Positions 20,505-31,651 of a stretch of DNA of 64,000 nucleotides are shown piece after piece. Made by a program: the position numbers and the translations under genes. This stretch comes from Gammaproteobacteria bacterium. Lineage in GTDB: Bacteria; Pseudomonadota; Gammaproteobacteria; Ga0077536. The notes beneath the pieces were generated by a model. The model saw only the letters and a program-made list of their open reading frames with translations. It did no database searches and had not been told where the DNA came from. The stretch spans positions 2,462 to 66,461 of the forward strand of contig JAURMM010000021.1 in assembly GCA_030830685.1 (NCBI GenBank), read 5' to 3'. Position 1 is the first letter of the stretch. Every line of letters begins with the position of its first letter.

Positions 20505-22412
20505 TCAGAGTCGCTCTGGATGCAGCTCTATGCGCGCATCTGCGCGCAGGCCCGTTACGAAATCACGCCAGGCAGTGATTGCGCGGGCTCTGGCAAGACT
20601 TTGACGTATGCGGCCAGTGGCCGCGGAGTCCGCTTCCTGCAGGGTTTTTGGCGTCTGTATGTTGGAGACTTCGACCACGGCATGGCTGCCGTCACCGAAC
20701 TCCACACCGAGATAGGTGCGGTCGTTGGGTTTGGTTAGCGAGGCCCTGAACGCGCCGCGTAGCACCGCACGATTGAGACGCGTGTCATCCCTTCTCGCGT
20801 TCTCCACAACTTCCCACTTCAGCTTTTCCGCTGCCATCAGCGTGGTGGGTGCCTCTCCAGCGCGGAGCTTGGCGAGCAGCGCTTCGCCGCGCTCCTTTAC
20901 TTGCTGATGGCTGCGTTCGGTCTGAATCCGGTTACGAGCTTCGTCCTTGACGGCAGCGAACTCCGGCAGGTGTGAGGGCTCATACTGTGCGACGCGCACC
21001 GCCACCATGCGATCGTCTCCCACTTCAACGGGCGCGCTCACGAGTCCCTGGGTCAGGACCTCCGGCTCCCACACCGTATCCGCTACTGCTGCGTTGAACT
21101 GCGCGACAATCTGCTCCCTGTCTTGCCTGCTGGTGCTTTGCACCTCGAGGCCCAACTCCTCGGCCGCTTCCGCAAGCGACTCTGGAAACTCGTAGACCGT
21201 TTCGCTGAAGCGCTCCGCTGCCTCGAAGTACATTTCTTCAGCTTTCTCGCGACGCAGTCGTTGCTCTATATCGCCTCGGACATCCGCATACGGCGTGACG
21301 GCTTCGGGCTGAACGCGCGTGAGTCGGATGATGTGATAGCCGAATTCCGTCCGGACCGGCTCGCTGATTTCACCAGGCTGCATGGTGAAGACGGCCTGCT
21401 CGAATTCCGGCGCCATGATGCCCTTTCCGAACAGCCCGGTAGCACCACCTTCAGCGCGGGAGCCGATATCATCGGAGAATTCCTTGGCAACAGCCGCGAA
21501 ATCCTTGCCGCCGGCGACCATCGCGCGCAGCTCTTCGGCACGAGTCTTGGCCTTGGCCGCTTCGTCAGGGCTCGTGTCGTTCTTCAGCTGCACCAGGATA
21601 TGGCTTGCTGCACGCTGCTCTTCCACTGTGAAATCGGCCTGATGCGAGTCGTAGTAAGCGACCATGTCCCCTTCCGCCAGCACGACTTCACTCATCAGAG
21701 TCTCGAGTCTCAGTTCTGTGTATTCGAGAGCGATCCGATCAGGGATGCGGAACTCTTCCGCGTGATCCTTGAAGTAAGCCTCCAGATCCGCGTCTGTAAC
21801 CTTCTGGGTATCGGGTGCGGCGGGCTGCAGTGTCACCAGCCCCACCGTGCGGGTTTGTGCCTGCAGGCGCGAAACCTCATCAAATTCGGTAGCCGTGATG
21901 AAAGCAGAGGCCACAACGCCGGTTCTCAGTTGCTCGAGCGCGAGGTCGCGCTGCGCCTGGGCCTCAAAAGCCTGTTCGGTGAAGCCCAGCATGCTGGTCA
22001 CCTGGGAGTAACGTTCCGTGGAAAATTTGCCATCGACCTGAAAATTGGGAGAGCTGCGCAAGAATTCCGCGACCTGCTCCACCCCAACGCGGATGCGTGA
22101 GTTATCGAGTGTCTGTCCGAGCACCTTGTCGTCCACTACGAAATCAAGCACGCGCTGCTTGGCCTCGGCTTCGCCCCACACGGCGGGATCGAAGGCATCA
22201 CCGAGTTCTGCCTGGGCGCGCTGTCTCAAACGCTGGAAGGTCTCCTGATACTCAGCCAGCTCGACTTCGTCGCCGTTCACTTCGGCCACAACGACCTTGC
22301 GTGCTTCGTTCAGGTAAGACTCTATGCCCCACACTGCGAAGGTCAGACAGAGAAAGGCAATGATCACCCCTGCAACGATGCCCTGTATTTTCTCGCGTAT
22401 GGTTTGAAGCAT
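20505..22412 (-). CDS. ppiD: Periplasmic chaperone / peptidyl-prolyl isomerase PpiD
   Basis: It has the N-terminal anchor MLQTIREKIQGIVAGVIIAFLCLTFAVWG and a parvulin-like region FGYHIIRL. It sits in the conserved position after hupB and the tRNAs. Confidence 0.85.
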   Translation of the reverse strand: MLQTIREKIQGIVAGVIIAFLCLTFAVWGIESYLNEARKVVVAEVNGDEVELAEYQETFQRLRQRAQAELGDAFDPAVWGEAEAKQRVLDFVVDDKVLGQTLDNSRIRVGVEQVAEFLRSSPNFQVDGKFSTERYSQVTSMLGFTEQAFEAQAQRDLALEQLRTGVVASAFITATEFDEVSRLQAQTRTVGLVTLQPAAPDTQKVTDADLEAYFKDHAEEFRIPDRIALEYTELRLETLMSEVVLAEGDMVAYYDSHQADFTVEEQRAASHILVQLKNDTSPDEAAKAKTRAEELRAMVAGGKDFAAVAKEFSDDIGSRAEGGATGLFGKGIMAPEFEQAVFTMQPGEISEPVRTEFGYHIIRLTRVQPEAVTPYADVRGDIEQRLRREKAEEMYFEAAERFSETVYEFPESLAEAAEELGLEVQSTSRQDREQIVAQFNAAVADTVWEPEVLTQGLVSAPVEVGDDRMVAVRVAQYEPSHLPEFAAVKDEARNRIQTERSHQQVKERGEALLAKLRAGEAPTTLMAAEKLKWEVVENARRDDTRLNRAVLRGAFRASLTKPNDRTYLGVEFGDGSHAVVEVSNIQTPKTLQEADSAATGRIRQSLARARAITAWRDFVTGLRADARIELHPERL

Positions 22413-22544
22413 GTTGGGCCCTCGAGGATCCGCCACGCACGGGCCGCTGTCCCGCGCACTTGGTCGGGGTCAGGTCATGAATGAGGATGAAGGTTGGGTG
22501 CCGGAATGGAGCCTAGCGCGGCTCCAGCCCGGTGTCCCTGATGG

Positions 22545-22621
22545 TGGCGGAGTGGACGGGGCTCGAACCCGCGACCCCCGGCGTGACAGGCCGGTATTCT
22601 AACCAACTGAACTACCACTCC
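22545..22621 (-). tRNA. tRNA-Asp (GUC)
   Basis: The reverse complement is GGAGTGGTAGTTCAGTTGGTTAGAATACCGGCCTGTCACGCCGGGGGTCGCGGGTTCGAGCCCCGTCCACTCCGCCA. It folds as a cloverleaf with anticodon GTC, and CCA is encoded. Confidence 0.95.
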
Positions 22622-22636
22622 AATGTTCTGCATAGG

Positions 22637-22712
22637 TGGTGGGTGCTGAGGGGATCGAACCCACGACCTTCGCCTTGTAAGGGCGACGCTCTCCCGGCTG
22701 AGCTAAGCACCC
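22637..22712 (-). tRNA. tRNA-Val (UAC)
   Basis: The reverse complement is GGGTGCTTAGCTCAGCCGGGAGAGCGTCGCCCTTACAAGGCGAAGGTCGTGGGTTCGATCCCCTCAGCACCCACCA, with anticodon TAC. Confidence 0.95.
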
Positions 22713-22721
22713 GAGAGCCAG

Positions 22722-22994
22722 TTAGCTTAAGGCATCCTTGAATGCTTTGCCAGCCTTGAATCCGACCGATCGCGAGGCCGCTATGTCAATCGTCTCACCG
22801 GTGCGCGGGTTGCGTCCCTGGCGGGCAGCGCGCTCCTTGACGGTGAACGTACCAAAGCCAGCCAGCGCGACATTGTCGCCCTTGGCAAGCGCGGCCAGGA
22901 TGGCATCGGTCACCGCGTCTACTGCGCGAGCCGCGGAGGCCTTCGACAAATCAGCCGCACCGGCGACAGCGTCAATCAATTCAGTCTTGTTCAT
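22722..22994 (-). CDS. hupB: DNA-binding protein HU
   Basis: The 90-aa sequence [32 protein letters not shown] ... [10 protein letters not shown] is an HU/IHF fold. It lies downstream of lon as in E. coli. Confidence 0.95.
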   Translation of the reverse strand: MNKTELIDAVAGAADLSKASAARAVDAVTDAILAALAKGDNVALAGFGTFTVKERAARQGRNPRTGETIDIAASRSVGFKAGKAFKDALS

Positions 22995-23047
22995 GCAATT
23001 CCCCGTGGTTTTTGTCTCATGGTGATGTCCCGCCAAGCGGGACACGG

Positions 23048-25453
23048 TCAGTGTCGGCGCACCCGCTCCTTGCCGGCAGCGCCCGCCCGTTCCTCGCTGG
23101 TCACGGCCTCTTCCGCGAAATCCGCCGGCAGGGGCTCAGGCATTCTCTGCAGTGCCACTTCAAGAACTTCCTCGATCCAGCGAACAGGTTTGATGGTTAG
23201 TCCCTGCAGGATGTTCGCAGGTATCTCTTTCAGTTCGCGCTGGTTCTCCTGCGGGATGAGGACCGTCCTTATACCCCCTCGCAGGGCAGCAAGCAGTTTC
23301 TCCTTCAAGCCCCCGATGGGCAGTACTTCACCCCGCAAGGTGATTTCGCCCGTCATGGCCACGTCTCCGCGGACAGGGATTCCCGTCAGGCCGGACACCA
23401 GCGCCGTGCACATGCCTACACCGGCACTGGGACCATCCTTGGGCGTCGCGCCCTCGGGCACGTGAAAGTGAACGTCGATGGCTTGATAGAAATCGGGCTT
23501 TATTCCAAGCGTGGCGGCACGACTGCGCACCACGGTCATGGCTGCCTTGATCGATTCCTGCATCACGTCGCCAAGGCGTCCTGTGTAGGTCTCCTTGCCC
23601 TTGCCGGGCACGATGGCAGCCTCGATCGTCAGCAGGTCACCGCCGACCTCGGTCCACGCCAGTCCTGTGACCTGACCGACTCTGTCCTCGCCCTCAGCCT
23701 GACCGAAGCGGAAACGCTTCACGCCGAGAAACTTCTCAAGGACCTTGGGGGTGATTGCTACGGTTTTGGTGGACGGTTTCTCCAACACCTGCTTCACCAC
23801 CTTGCGGCATAGGTTGGCGACTTCGCGCTCGAGGCTGCGCACGCCTGCCTCGCGGGTGTAGTAACGAACGATGTCGCGCAAAGCAGCCTCACTGATCTGC
23901 AGTTCCTTCTCCTTCAGGCCAGTTGCCTCTCTTTGCTTGGGAATGAGATAGCGCTGTGCGATGTGTACTTTCTCATCCTCCGTGTACCCGGCGAGGCGAA
24001 TGACTTCCATTCGATCGAGCAGGGGCGCGGGAATGTTCAAACTGTTGGCCGTGGTCACGAACATCACTTCGGAGAGGTCGTAATCCACCTCGAGGTAATG
24101 ATCATTGAAGGTGGAGTTCTGTTCCGGATCCAGCACCTCAAGCAGGGCCGAGGCCGGGTCACCCCTGAAATCCATGGCCATCTTGTCGACTTCATCGAGA
24201 AGGAAGAGCGGATTGCGCGTCGCAACCTTGGACATGTTCTGCAGGATCTTGCCGGGCATGGACCCCACGTAGGTCCGGCGGTGGCCACGGATTTCAGCCT
24301 CGTCGCGCACGCCGCCCAAGGACATACGGACGAATTTGCGATTGGTGGCGCGTGCTATCGAACGTCCAAGAGAGGTTTTTCCAACGCCCGGGGGTCCCAC
24401 CAGACAAAGAATCGGGCCTCGCATCTTCTTCACGCGCTGCTGGACCGCGAGATACTCAAGGATGCGCTCCTTGACCTTTTCAAGGCCGTAGTGGTCTTCA
24501 TCCAGGATCTTCTGGGCCCGCGCGAGGTCCACCCCCACCTTTGAACGGGCCTTCCACGGCACATTGAGAATCCAGTCGACGTAGTTGCGAACGACCGTTG
24601 CCTCAGCGGACATGGGCGACATCATGCGCAGCTTCTTCAATTCCCCCTCAGCCTTCTTGCGCGCTTCCTTGTGCATGCCGGACTTCTCGATCCGGGCTGC
24701 GATTTCGTCGAATTCGTTGGCCCCATCCTCTCCTTCACCGAGTTCGCTCTGGATGGCCTTCATCTGCTCGTTAAGGTAGTACTCGCGCTGACTCTTCTCC
24801 ATCTGCTTCTTGACGCGGCCACGCAGACGCTTCTCTACCTGAAGCAGATCTATCTCTGTCTCCATGACCGAGATGAGATGCTCGAGACGTTCCCGCAGGT
24901 CGAGGATTTCGAGAATCTTCTGCTTCTCCTGCAGCTTGATCGAAAGATGCGCAGCGATGGTATCCGCCAGGCGGGAAGGATCATCGATGCTGGTAAGCGA
25001 CGAGACGATCTCGGGCGGAACTTTCTTGTTCAGCTTCACGTATTGATCAAAATGTTCCATCAGCGATCGGATGAGAATCTCAGACTCCCGCTCGGAGATC
25101 GCCTGCTGCTCGAGCAACTCGACAGTTGCTGCCTGGAAGGTTTCTTCCTCGTGGAAAGCGTTCACTTTAGCCCGCTGCACGCCTTCAACCAGGACCTTGA
25201 TCGTGCCGTCTGGCAGCCGCAGCAACTGCAGGATGTTCGAAACCGTACCGACCGGGTGAATGTCGTTTGCTCCCGGGTTGTCTTCCCCGGCACTCACCTG
25301 GGCAACCAGCAGGATCTGCTTGGCGTCCTCCATTGCCTTTTCGAGTGCCTTGACTGACTTCTCCCGGCCGACGAATAGCGGAATCACCATGTGGGGATAA
25401 ACCACCACATCACGCAAGGGCAGGAGAGGAAGGAGATTGGTGCGTTCATTCAT
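23048..25453 (-). CDS. lon: ATP-dependent Lon protease
   Basis: The N-terminus reads [33 protein letters not shown]. It has the Walker [10 protein letters not shown] and a protease active-site region PKDGPSAG. Confidence 0.95.
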   Translation of the reverse strand: MNERTNLLPLLPLRDVVVYPHMVIPLFVGREKSVKALEKAMEDAKQILLVAQVSAGEDNPGANDIHPVGTVSNILQLLRLPDGTIKVLVEGVQRAKVNAFHEEETFQAATVELLEQQAISERESEILIRSLMEHFDQYVKLNKKVPPEIVSSLTSIDDPSRLADTIAAHLSIKLQEKQKILEILDLRERLEHLISVMETEIDLLQVEKRLRGRVKKQMEKSQREYYLNEQMKAIQSELGEGEDGANEFDEIAARIEKSGMHKEARKKAEGELKKLRMMSPMSAEATVVRNYVDWILNVPWKARSKVGVDLARAQKILDEDHYGLEKVKERILEYLAVQQRVKKMRGPILCLVGPPGVGKTSLGRSIARATNRKFVRMSLGGVRDEAEIRGHRRTYVGSMPGKILQNMSKVATRNPLFLLDEVDKMAMDFRGDPASALLEVLDPEQNSTFNDHYLEVDYDLSEVMFVTTANSLNIPAPLLDRMEVIRLAGYTEDEKVHIAQRYLIPKQREATGLKEKELQISEAALRDIVRYYTREAGVRSLEREVANLCRKVVKQVLEKPSTKTVAITPKVLEKFLGVKRFRFGQAEGEDRVGQVTGLAWTEVGGDLLTIEAAIVPGKGKETYTGRLGDVMQESIKAAMTVVRSRAATLGIKPDFYQAIDVHFHVPEGATPKDGPSAGVGMCTALVSGLTGIPVRGDVAMTGEITLRGEVLPIGGLKEKLLAALRGGIRTVLIPQENQRELKEIPANILQGLTIKPVRWIEEVLEVALQRMPEPLPADFAEEAVTSEERAGAAGKERVRRH

Positions 25454-25590
25454 GTAAGGAACGGCCCCTGTCTGGGGGTGGTCGCGGTTGGCGGCCATCC
25501 CGGGAATGAAGGTTCAGCTACGCTGCCGACTCAGAGGCCGGCGGTTCCGGGTGAGAGACCCTACGAGCCGCAGGTCTCTCCATAAGGATT

Positions 25591-26877
25591 TCAATCCGAG
25601 GCGGCCTTGGGGATCTCTGCCGATTCGTAGATGATGAGTGGCTTGGATTCACCCGTGATGGTGGCCTCGTCCACAACCACCTTAGAGACGTTCTGCAGAG
25701 ACGGCAGGTCGTACATGGTATCGAGCAGGTTTTGCTCAATAATCGAGCGCAATCCACGCGCGCCGGTCTTGCGCTCGACGGCCTTGCGGGCCACTGCACG
25801 CAGGGCGTCCTCACGAAACTCGAGCGTGCAGCCTTCCATTTCGAACAGCTTACCGTACTGCTTGGTAAGGGCGTTACGCGGCTCGGTAAGAATCTGCACC
25901 AGCTGCTCCTCGTGCAGTTCATCAAGTACCGCCAGCACAGGCAGGCGCCCGACGAATTCCGGTATGAGGCCGTAGCGGATAAGGTCCTCGGGCTCTACCT
26001 GATGCAACATTTCACCGGCGGTCCGCCTGTCTTCCTTGCTCTTCACTTCGGCCGAAAAGCCGATGCCGCCCTTCTCAGAGCGGTCGCGGATGATCTTGTC
26101 CAATCCCGCGAATGCACCTCCGCAAATGAACAGGATGTTCGAAGTATCGACCTGCAGGAACTCCTGCTGGGGATGCTTGCGTCCACCTTGGGGAGGCACC
26201 GACGCAACTGTGCCTTCGATGAGCTTCAGAAGCGCCTGCTGCACACCCTCTCCGGACACGTCGCGCGTGATAGAGGGGTTGTCTGACTTGCGGGAAATCT
26301 TGTCGATTTCGTCGATGTAGACGATTCCGGTCTGTGCCTTCTCGACGTCGTAGTCACACTTCTGAAGCAACTTCTGGATGATGTTCTCGACATCCTCGCC
26401 CACATAGCCCGCCTCGGTGAGCGTAGTGGCATCGGCGATGGTGAACGGAACATTGAGCAGACGCGCCAAGGTCTCGGCCAGCAAGGTCTTACCGCTGCCC
26501 GTCGGGCCCACGAGCAGCACATTGCTTTTTGCGAGTTCCACTTCACCCTGCTTGACCCTGGACTCCAGCCGCTTGTAGTGGTTGTAGACGGCGACCGCAA
26601 GGATTTTCTTCGCGTGGCCTTGGCCGATTACATATTCGTCGAGAATATTGCGAATCTCATGCGGCACGGGCAACTTGCTGCCCCCGGCACTGCCGGCTTT
26701 CTCCTGAATCTCTTCCCGGATGATGTCGTTGCAGAGTTCCACGCATTCATCGCAGATGAAAACCGACGGGCCGGCAATCAGCTTGCGTACCTCGTGCTGG
26801 CTTTTCCCGCAAAACGAACAGTAGAGGAGTCTGTCGCCGTCGGAACCCTTGGAATTCTTGCTGTCGCTCATTCGCAC
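25591..26877 (-). CDS. clpX: ATP-dependent Clp protease ATP-binding subunit ClpX
   Basis: It has the zinc-finger region [30 protein letters not shown] and the Walker A GPTGSGKT. The start could be ATG 26877 or 26871. Confidence 0.95.
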   Translation of the reverse strand: MRMSDSKNSKGSDGDRLLYCSFCGKSQHEVRKLIAGPSVFICDECVELCNDIIREEIQEKAGSAGGSKLPVPHEIRNILDEYVIGQGHAKKILAVAVYNHYKRLESRVKQGEVELAKSNVLLVGPTGSGKTLLAETLARLLNVPFTIADATTLTEAGYVGEDVENIIQKLLQKCDYDVEKAQTGIVYIDEIDKISRKSDNPSITRDVSGEGVQQALLKLIEGTVASVPPQGGRKHPQQEFLQVDTSNILFICGGAFAGLDKIIRDRSEKGGIGFSAEVKSKEDRRTAGEMLHQVEPEDLIRYGLIPEFVGRLPVLAVLDELHEEQLVQILTEPRNALTKQYGKLFEMEGCTLEFREDALRAVARKAVERKTGARGLRSIIEQNLLDTMYDLPSLQNVSKVVVDEATITGESKPLIIYESAEIPKAASD

Positions 26878-26931
26878 ATCCTCACTGCTACGGACTCAAA
26901 CTGTCTCTGTTGCCGGCTGACGTGCCATCAC

Positions 26932-27585
26932 TCAACGCGCGACGTCTGCTGGGCTAGTAGGCCCGCGCTTCTCAAGCACGGCATCGATGATGCCATAGGT
27001 TCGCGCATCCTCCGCGCTCATGAAGTTGTCCCTGTCAGTGTCCGCCGCCACTCGCTCCACCGTCTGCCCGGTGTGCTTGGACAGGATTTCGTTCAGACGA
27101 TCTCTAGCCTTCAGGATCTCGCGTGCGTGAATGTCGATATCGGTGGCCTGCCCCTGGAAGCCTCCCAAAGGCTGGTGAATCATCACTCGTGAATGCGGCA
27201 GGCTGAAACGCTTGCCCGCTGCACCGGCGCCGAGCAGAAGGGCACCCATGCTGGCAGCCTGTCCGATGCACAAGGTGCTCACATCGGGCTTGATGAACTG
27301 CATGGTGTCGTAGATAGCCAACCCGGCAGTTACAACGCCCCCCGGAGAATTGATGTACAGATGGATGTCCTTGTCGGGGTTTTCGGATTCCAGGAACAGC
27401 AGCTGCGCCACGATGACGTTGGCTACGTTGTCATCCACCGGCCCAACCAGAAAAATGACGCGTTCCTTGAGCAAGCGGCTGTAGATGTCATAGGCGCGCT
27501 CCCCTCGGGCGGTTTGTTCAACCACCATCGGTACCAGATTGAGGGCCCGTGTCTCCTGCATGCCGCTATTGCCTTGAAATCTCAA
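26932..27585 (-). CDS. clpP: ATP-dependent Clp protease proteolytic subunit
   Basis: The sequence [29 protein letters not shown] ... [11 protein letters not shown] ... MIHQPLGG contains the Ser-His-Asp catalytic context. The start is possibly the internal ATG at 27561. Confidence 0.95.
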   Translation of the reverse strand: MRFQGNSGMQETRALNLVPMVVEQTARGERAYDIYSRLLKERVIFLVGPVDDNVANVIVAQLLFLESENPDKDIHLYINSPGGVVTAGLAIYDTMQFIKPDVSTLCIGQAASMGALLLGAGAAGKRFSLPHSRVMIHQPLGGFQGQATDIDIHAREILKARDRLNEILSKHTGQTVERVAADTDRDNFMSAEDARTYGIIDAVLEKRGPTSPADVAR

Positions 27586-28932
27586 TTAAGCCTCTCCGTT
27601 CACGGGTTCTTTGGCAGTCTGCCTTGGATTCATAAGGTCGTCAAACGACAGGGAAACCGGTTTCACGCGGGCCTTCCCGACGATCCAGGCCACGGCTTCT
27701 TCTTCCATGCAGAGCCCTTCAATGTCGCTCAGTCTGCTCGGCTCTTCGTAGTACCACTTGATAAGAGCTTCCGGTTGTTCGTAGGAAGCCGCCAGTGCTT
27801 CCACACGTTCCCGCACCTTGGCTGGCTGGGGCTTGATGCCGGCCAGTTTGATTATCTCCGCCATGATGAGACCCAGTTTCACCCGGTTGGACGCAGGTGT
27901 TTCAAACGCACCCGAATCTTCACCGTCGCCGAACTGCGCGGGGTCGAGTCCACGCATGGTAAGCGTGCGGCGCATCTCCTGGAGCATGCGCGCGGCTTCG
28001 GCCCTGACGAGTGCCTTTGGAAGGTCAAGCGAATTTTGCTCGCGCAGACTCTCCAGAACCTGCTCGTTGAAGCGGCGGGCCAAGGCGCGGTCACGCTCGC
28101 GCTCCATGTTGGCCCTCACTTCGGCGTGGAACTTCTCGAGACCCCCTTCTTCCACCCCGAACCGCGCAAAGAATGCGTCGTCGAGCTCTGGGAGCACTGG
28201 CTCTTCCACCTTGTTCACCTTGACCTTGAAGGCAACGCCACGGCCGGCCAGGTCAGTGTTGTGGTAGTCGTCAGGAAACTTCAAATTGAGAGTGCGCTCC
28301 TCCCCTGCACTCCCGCCAGCGAGTCCTTCTTCAAAGCCCGGGATCATGCGCCCTTGGCCCAGGATCAGGTTGAAATCCTTGGCGCTGCCGTTTTCGAACG
28401 GAGCCGTTTCACCCTCGAGGGTCCCCTCGAAGTCCATCTGCACGCGATCGCCATCCGCAGCCGGTCGCGCTGCTTCCCTGAACTCCTTCGACTGCTCGCG
28501 CAGTACTTGAATCATCTTTTCGAGGTCCACATCGGTGACCTCGCATTCAGGTTTTTCAATGTCGAGCTCTTCAAAGGGCGCCAAGGTGACTTCCGGGAAG
28601 ACCTCAAAGGTGGCGGTGAAGGCAAGACCCTGTCCCTCATCAGCAATGAGAGGGTCAATGACCGGGTCAGCCACCGGACGAAGCTGATGGGATGTCACCG
28701 CCTCCACGAAGGCGGAACGCACCACTTCCGAGATGACTTCACCGCGAACCCGCGGCCCGAACTGTCGCTCGATGACGCGAGCCGGCGCCTTGCCAGGCCG
28801 GAAACCATCGATGCGTGCATTGCGGGCCACGCTTTGAAGACGACTCCGGACCTGATCGGCGATCTGCTGCTCAGGAACCTCGATTTTCAGACGGCGTTCC
28901 AGCCCACCGGGCTGCTCAAGCGATACCTGCAT
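27586..28932 (-). CDS. tig: Trigger factor
   Basis: The sequence MQVSLEQPGGLERRLKIEVPEQQI ... RIDGFRPGKAP is the trigger factor N-terminus. It sits in the tig-clpP-clpX-lon order. Confidence 0.95.
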   Translation of the reverse strand: MQVSLEQPGGLERRLKIEVPEQQIADQVRSRLQSVARNARIDGFRPGKAPARVIERQFGPRVRGEVISEVVRSAFVEAVTSHQLRPVADPVIDPLIADEGQGLAFTATFEVFPEVTLAPFEELDIEKPECEVTDVDLEKMIQVLREQSKEFREAARPAADGDRVQMDFEGTLEGETAPFENGSAKDFNLILGQGRMIPGFEEGLAGGSAGEERTLNLKFPDDYHNTDLAGRGVAFKVKVNKVEEPVLPELDDAFFARFGVEEGGLEKFHAEVRANMERERDRALARRFNEQVLESLREQNSLDLPKALVRAEAARMLQEMRRTLTMRGLDPAQFGDGEDSGAFETPASNRVKLGLIMAEIIKLAGIKPQPAKVRERVEALAASYEQPEALIKWYYEEPSRLSDIEGLCMEEEAVAWIVGKARVKPVSLSFDDLMNPRQTAKEPVNGEA

Positions 28933-29011
28933 AATTCCTCGGTACTGTAAGTGCGTGGTGCATTTGCGTGATGTTGAAGCACGGCGACGACTTTGTCTGA
29001 ACCGTGCAGGA

Positions 29012-29096
<85 letters not shown>

Positions 29097-29369
29097 ACAG
29101 GTGCGGTTGCGTGGGTTGCCGTGCGGGCCCGGTCGGAGTCTCATCCCGATGCCGGCATGATTCCCTCTCATTCGGGGCGCAGCTGCCGTCGGGACGGAAA
29201 ACGTGCCAGAGGGGTCACAACCAAACGCGCTCCATTATAAAGGCAGCGGTGTGCCTTGGACACCCCGGCCCCTGCCTCCACGCGGCTCATGGCGATGGTC
29301 CGGCAGTCAAGCGAGATACGCCCGATGCTATACTTTCGAGCCATGAATGCATGCAAGAAACGCGGGTCA

Positions 29370-29885
29370 ATGGAAATCCTGACGATGCTCGGGTGCACGC
29401 CTCCCCGTCTCTGCCGGCTCTTTTGGCGGGGTTCGCTGATCTGCGCCCTGAGCACGTCAATCCCTGGCGCGGTAGCGGTCACGATCATGGAGTGCCGGGA
29501 TGCGGACGGGACATTCTCCTACCGCGATGCCTGCCCACCCGACTCCAAGCGCATCGGATCCATGCACCTGGGAAGCGCGACGGCCCGGCGGCCCAGCAAG
29601 GAGGAAGTCGCCAAAGCTCACCCGGTGACCCTCTTCGTGGTTCCGGAGTGCGATACCTGCGATCTGGTGCGTCTGCTGCTGCAGAAGCGCGGAATTCCGT
29701 TCGCTGAACGGGACGTCGAGCGGGATCCGTCACTGCAGCGCGAATTGCGTGAATTGTCCGGCGCAACCAAGGTGCCGACGGTATTGATCGGGCGGGAGGC
29801 CATGCCGGGCTTTGACCGTGGGCTCCTGCAGCAACGCCTCACTGAGGTCGGGTACCCTCTGGAGACTGTCCCTGCCGACCGCTGA
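29370..29885 (+). CDS. Glutaredoxin-like protein with DUF4124-like N-terminal region
   Basis: The motifs ECRDADGTFSYRDACPP (DUF4124-like) and VTLFVVPECDTCDLVRLLLQKRGIPFAERDV ... VPTVLIG indicate a glutaredoxin fold with a CxxC. The start is uncertain (29370 or 29385). Confidence 0.65.
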   Translation: MEILTMLGCTPPRLCRLFWRGSLICALSTSIPGAVAVTIMECRDADGTFSYRDACPPDSKRIGSMHLGSATARRPSKEEVAKAHPVTLFVVPECDTCDLVRLLLQKRGIPFAERDVERDPSLQRELRELSGATKVPTVLIGREAMPGFDRGLLQQRLTEVGYPLETVPADR

Positions 29886-29928
29886 GGTCGTGCGGGGAGT
29901 CCTTCCCCAGAGCAGCCGGGAATAGCAA

Positions 29929-30366
29929 ATGGCCACTCGACTCATGGACTCACCGGGCATGGCTGAAGAAGCGTTCTACCAAGCCTTCGAACGTGGTGAC
30001 GTGGATGCCATGATGACCGTCTGGGCAACGAGTCCGGATATCTCCTGTGTGCACCCCATGGGCCCGTTGCTGAGGGGCCCGGACGCGATCCGCGCAAGCT
30101 GGAGAGAGATCTTTCGTGGGCAGCTGCCTAGAAGGTTCGAGATCGAATGCCTCAGCCGCTTCGAGCAAGGCGAACTCGCCATTCATGTGCTGCCTGAGAC
30201 GATTCTGTTGCCGCTGCAACGACAGCGGCTACCTGCGCTCATCACCACCAATGTCTATCGTCGAGAGGCAGGCGTGTGGCGCATGGTCATGCACCACGCC
30301 AGCGTCACGAGGCGCGGACCTCAAGAAGCCTCCCCGTCAGACGTCCCGGCGGCAACACGCCACTAG
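29929..30366 (+). CDS. SnoaL-like / NTF2-fold family protein
   Basis: 145-aa ORF. The pattern EEAFYQAFERGDVDAMMTVWATSPDISCVHPMGPLLRGPDAIRASWREIF is typical of NTF2-like (DUF4440/SnoaL) proteins. Confidence 0.6.
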   Translation: MATRLMDSPGMAEEAFYQAFERGDVDAMMTVWATSPDISCVHPMGPLLRGPDAIRASWREIFRGQLPRRFEIECLSRFEQGELAIHVLPETILLPLQRQRLPALITTNVYRREAGVWRMVMHHASVTRRGPQEASPSDVPAATRH

Positions 30367-31418
30367 GCCGCCCACGGCCGCGCTGGCGGCGGCTCTCCTG
30401 CCTGAGAATAAAACTGCGATGCACGCTCTGAATGCGTGGGGGCCGCACGAACGTTCAACCCCCCGTATGCTGATTCCAACCGGGTGACCAGACCTCCGGT
30501 AACCACAATCTCCATGGGCTTGGCCCCTGCGCAAAGTGTGGCTGCCATTGCCAGGATTTCATCAGACGCGGTTGGGGACAACAGCCCCTCGCACAGGCCG
30601 GCGCGCAGTTGCAGGTCACCGTGACCAGCTGTGCCCTCCCCCTCTGCTAACTGCGCGCACAATTCCTGCACGCACGCCACCGCTTGCCCAAGGCGCTCCG
30701 ATGCCTCGAAGACTGCCCTGAGGCCATCAGCTTCGAGGCGTGCGACATAGCCCCCATGGCGGTAGACGCATTCCACCTGCATTCCAAGATAGCGGGCAAC
30801 CGTGCGCAATGCTGCCTCGGCCGAGGCTCTGGGGAGCGTGAGACGGACCGCGAGCACGCATGCTTCGCGGGCTTCAACAGCCATTTCGGGTCCCCCCGCG
30901 GTCACGTCATGCACGTCACGGACTCGTGGCACAAGGTAGCTCGCCAGTCCGGGATTCGGATCGTGCAAGACAGGCGTGGCCTGCGCACGCTGGAGCCTTC
31001 CGGCGAGCCTCGTTCTAAGGTGCTGGCCATTCACGGGTCGAGTGAGGAAGTCGTCTGCGCCGGCCGCAAATGCGTCGCTCACGGCCTTCTCATCAAAAGG
31101 CATGAGGATGCTCAGGATCGGCACGTGCCGGTAACGAGCCATCGCCCTGATCCGGCTGCAAAAATCAGCCGCGGCCAGCCCGGCGGGGTGCTGCGCAAGC
31201 AAAAAGGCGTCGATAGACTTCTCCAGGGCCAGGAACAGGGCCTTGTCCGCGCGTTCCGCCTCGAGAATCCGGTAACCCTCCTGCCGCAAGAGATTGACTA
31301 TGACAGCCCGCGCGGTGCGGTCCGGGTCAACCACGAGCACGGTTCGACCTTGGCCACTGCCCAAGGTGGTGTCCGCCGCAAAGACCCTGTCCAGACGCAC
31401 GGTCATCAAACCCCTCAT
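30363..31418 (-). CDS. Receiver-like domain fused to a cyclase-homology-like domain (both apparently degenerate)
   Basis: The N-terminal CheY-like fold reads VLVVDPD ... IDAFLLAQHPAG ... PILSILMP ... GADDFLTRP. The C-terminal half resembles a class III nucleotidyl cyclase domain (ACVLAVRLTL ... GGYVARLEADGLRAVF ... LQLRAGLCEGLL). The start could be 31418 or 31405. Confidence 0.55.
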   Translation of the reverse strand: MRGLMTVRLDRVFAADTTLGSGQGRTVLVVDPDRTARAVIVNLLRQEGYRILEAERADKALFLALEKSIDAFLLAQHPAGLAAADFCSRIRAMARYRHVPILSILMPFDEKAVSDAFAAGADDFLTRPVNGQHLRTRLAGRLQRAQATPVLHDPNPGLASYLVPRVRDVHDVTAGGPEMAVEAREACVLAVRLTLPRASAEAALRTVARYLGMQVECVYRHGGYVARLEADGLRAVFEASERLGQAVACVQELCAQLAEGEGTAGHGDLQLRAGLCEGLLSPTASDEILAMAATLCAGAKPMEIVVTGGLVTRLESAYGGLNVRAAPTHSERASQFYSQAGEPPPARPWAA

Positions 31419-31651
31419 TTCACATTCCCGCAGAACCCCTCTGCGGGCGATCAGGTTAAGTAATATATGACATTAATAAATCATCCTAACTATCTGTTCA
31501 AGTTTATTTTTGTCTCATTTCTCAGAAATCATCTCAGATCCGTCTACTGGGCGATGCCGGGTAGACCACTCCGATGGCCCACAGTGGGTGATCAGCGTAT
31601 GGTCTTGGTTCCGCGCAGTGCCCGCCGGCGCGAAGACTGGCAGAATGTCCA

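Noticed and set aside
27193-28950. A 585-aa plus-strand ORF spanning the clpP/tig region.
   Set aside because: It runs antisense to two unambiguous, highly conserved genes. Its translation is low-complexity with no motifs. Long stop-free antisense frames are expected in GC-rich DNA.
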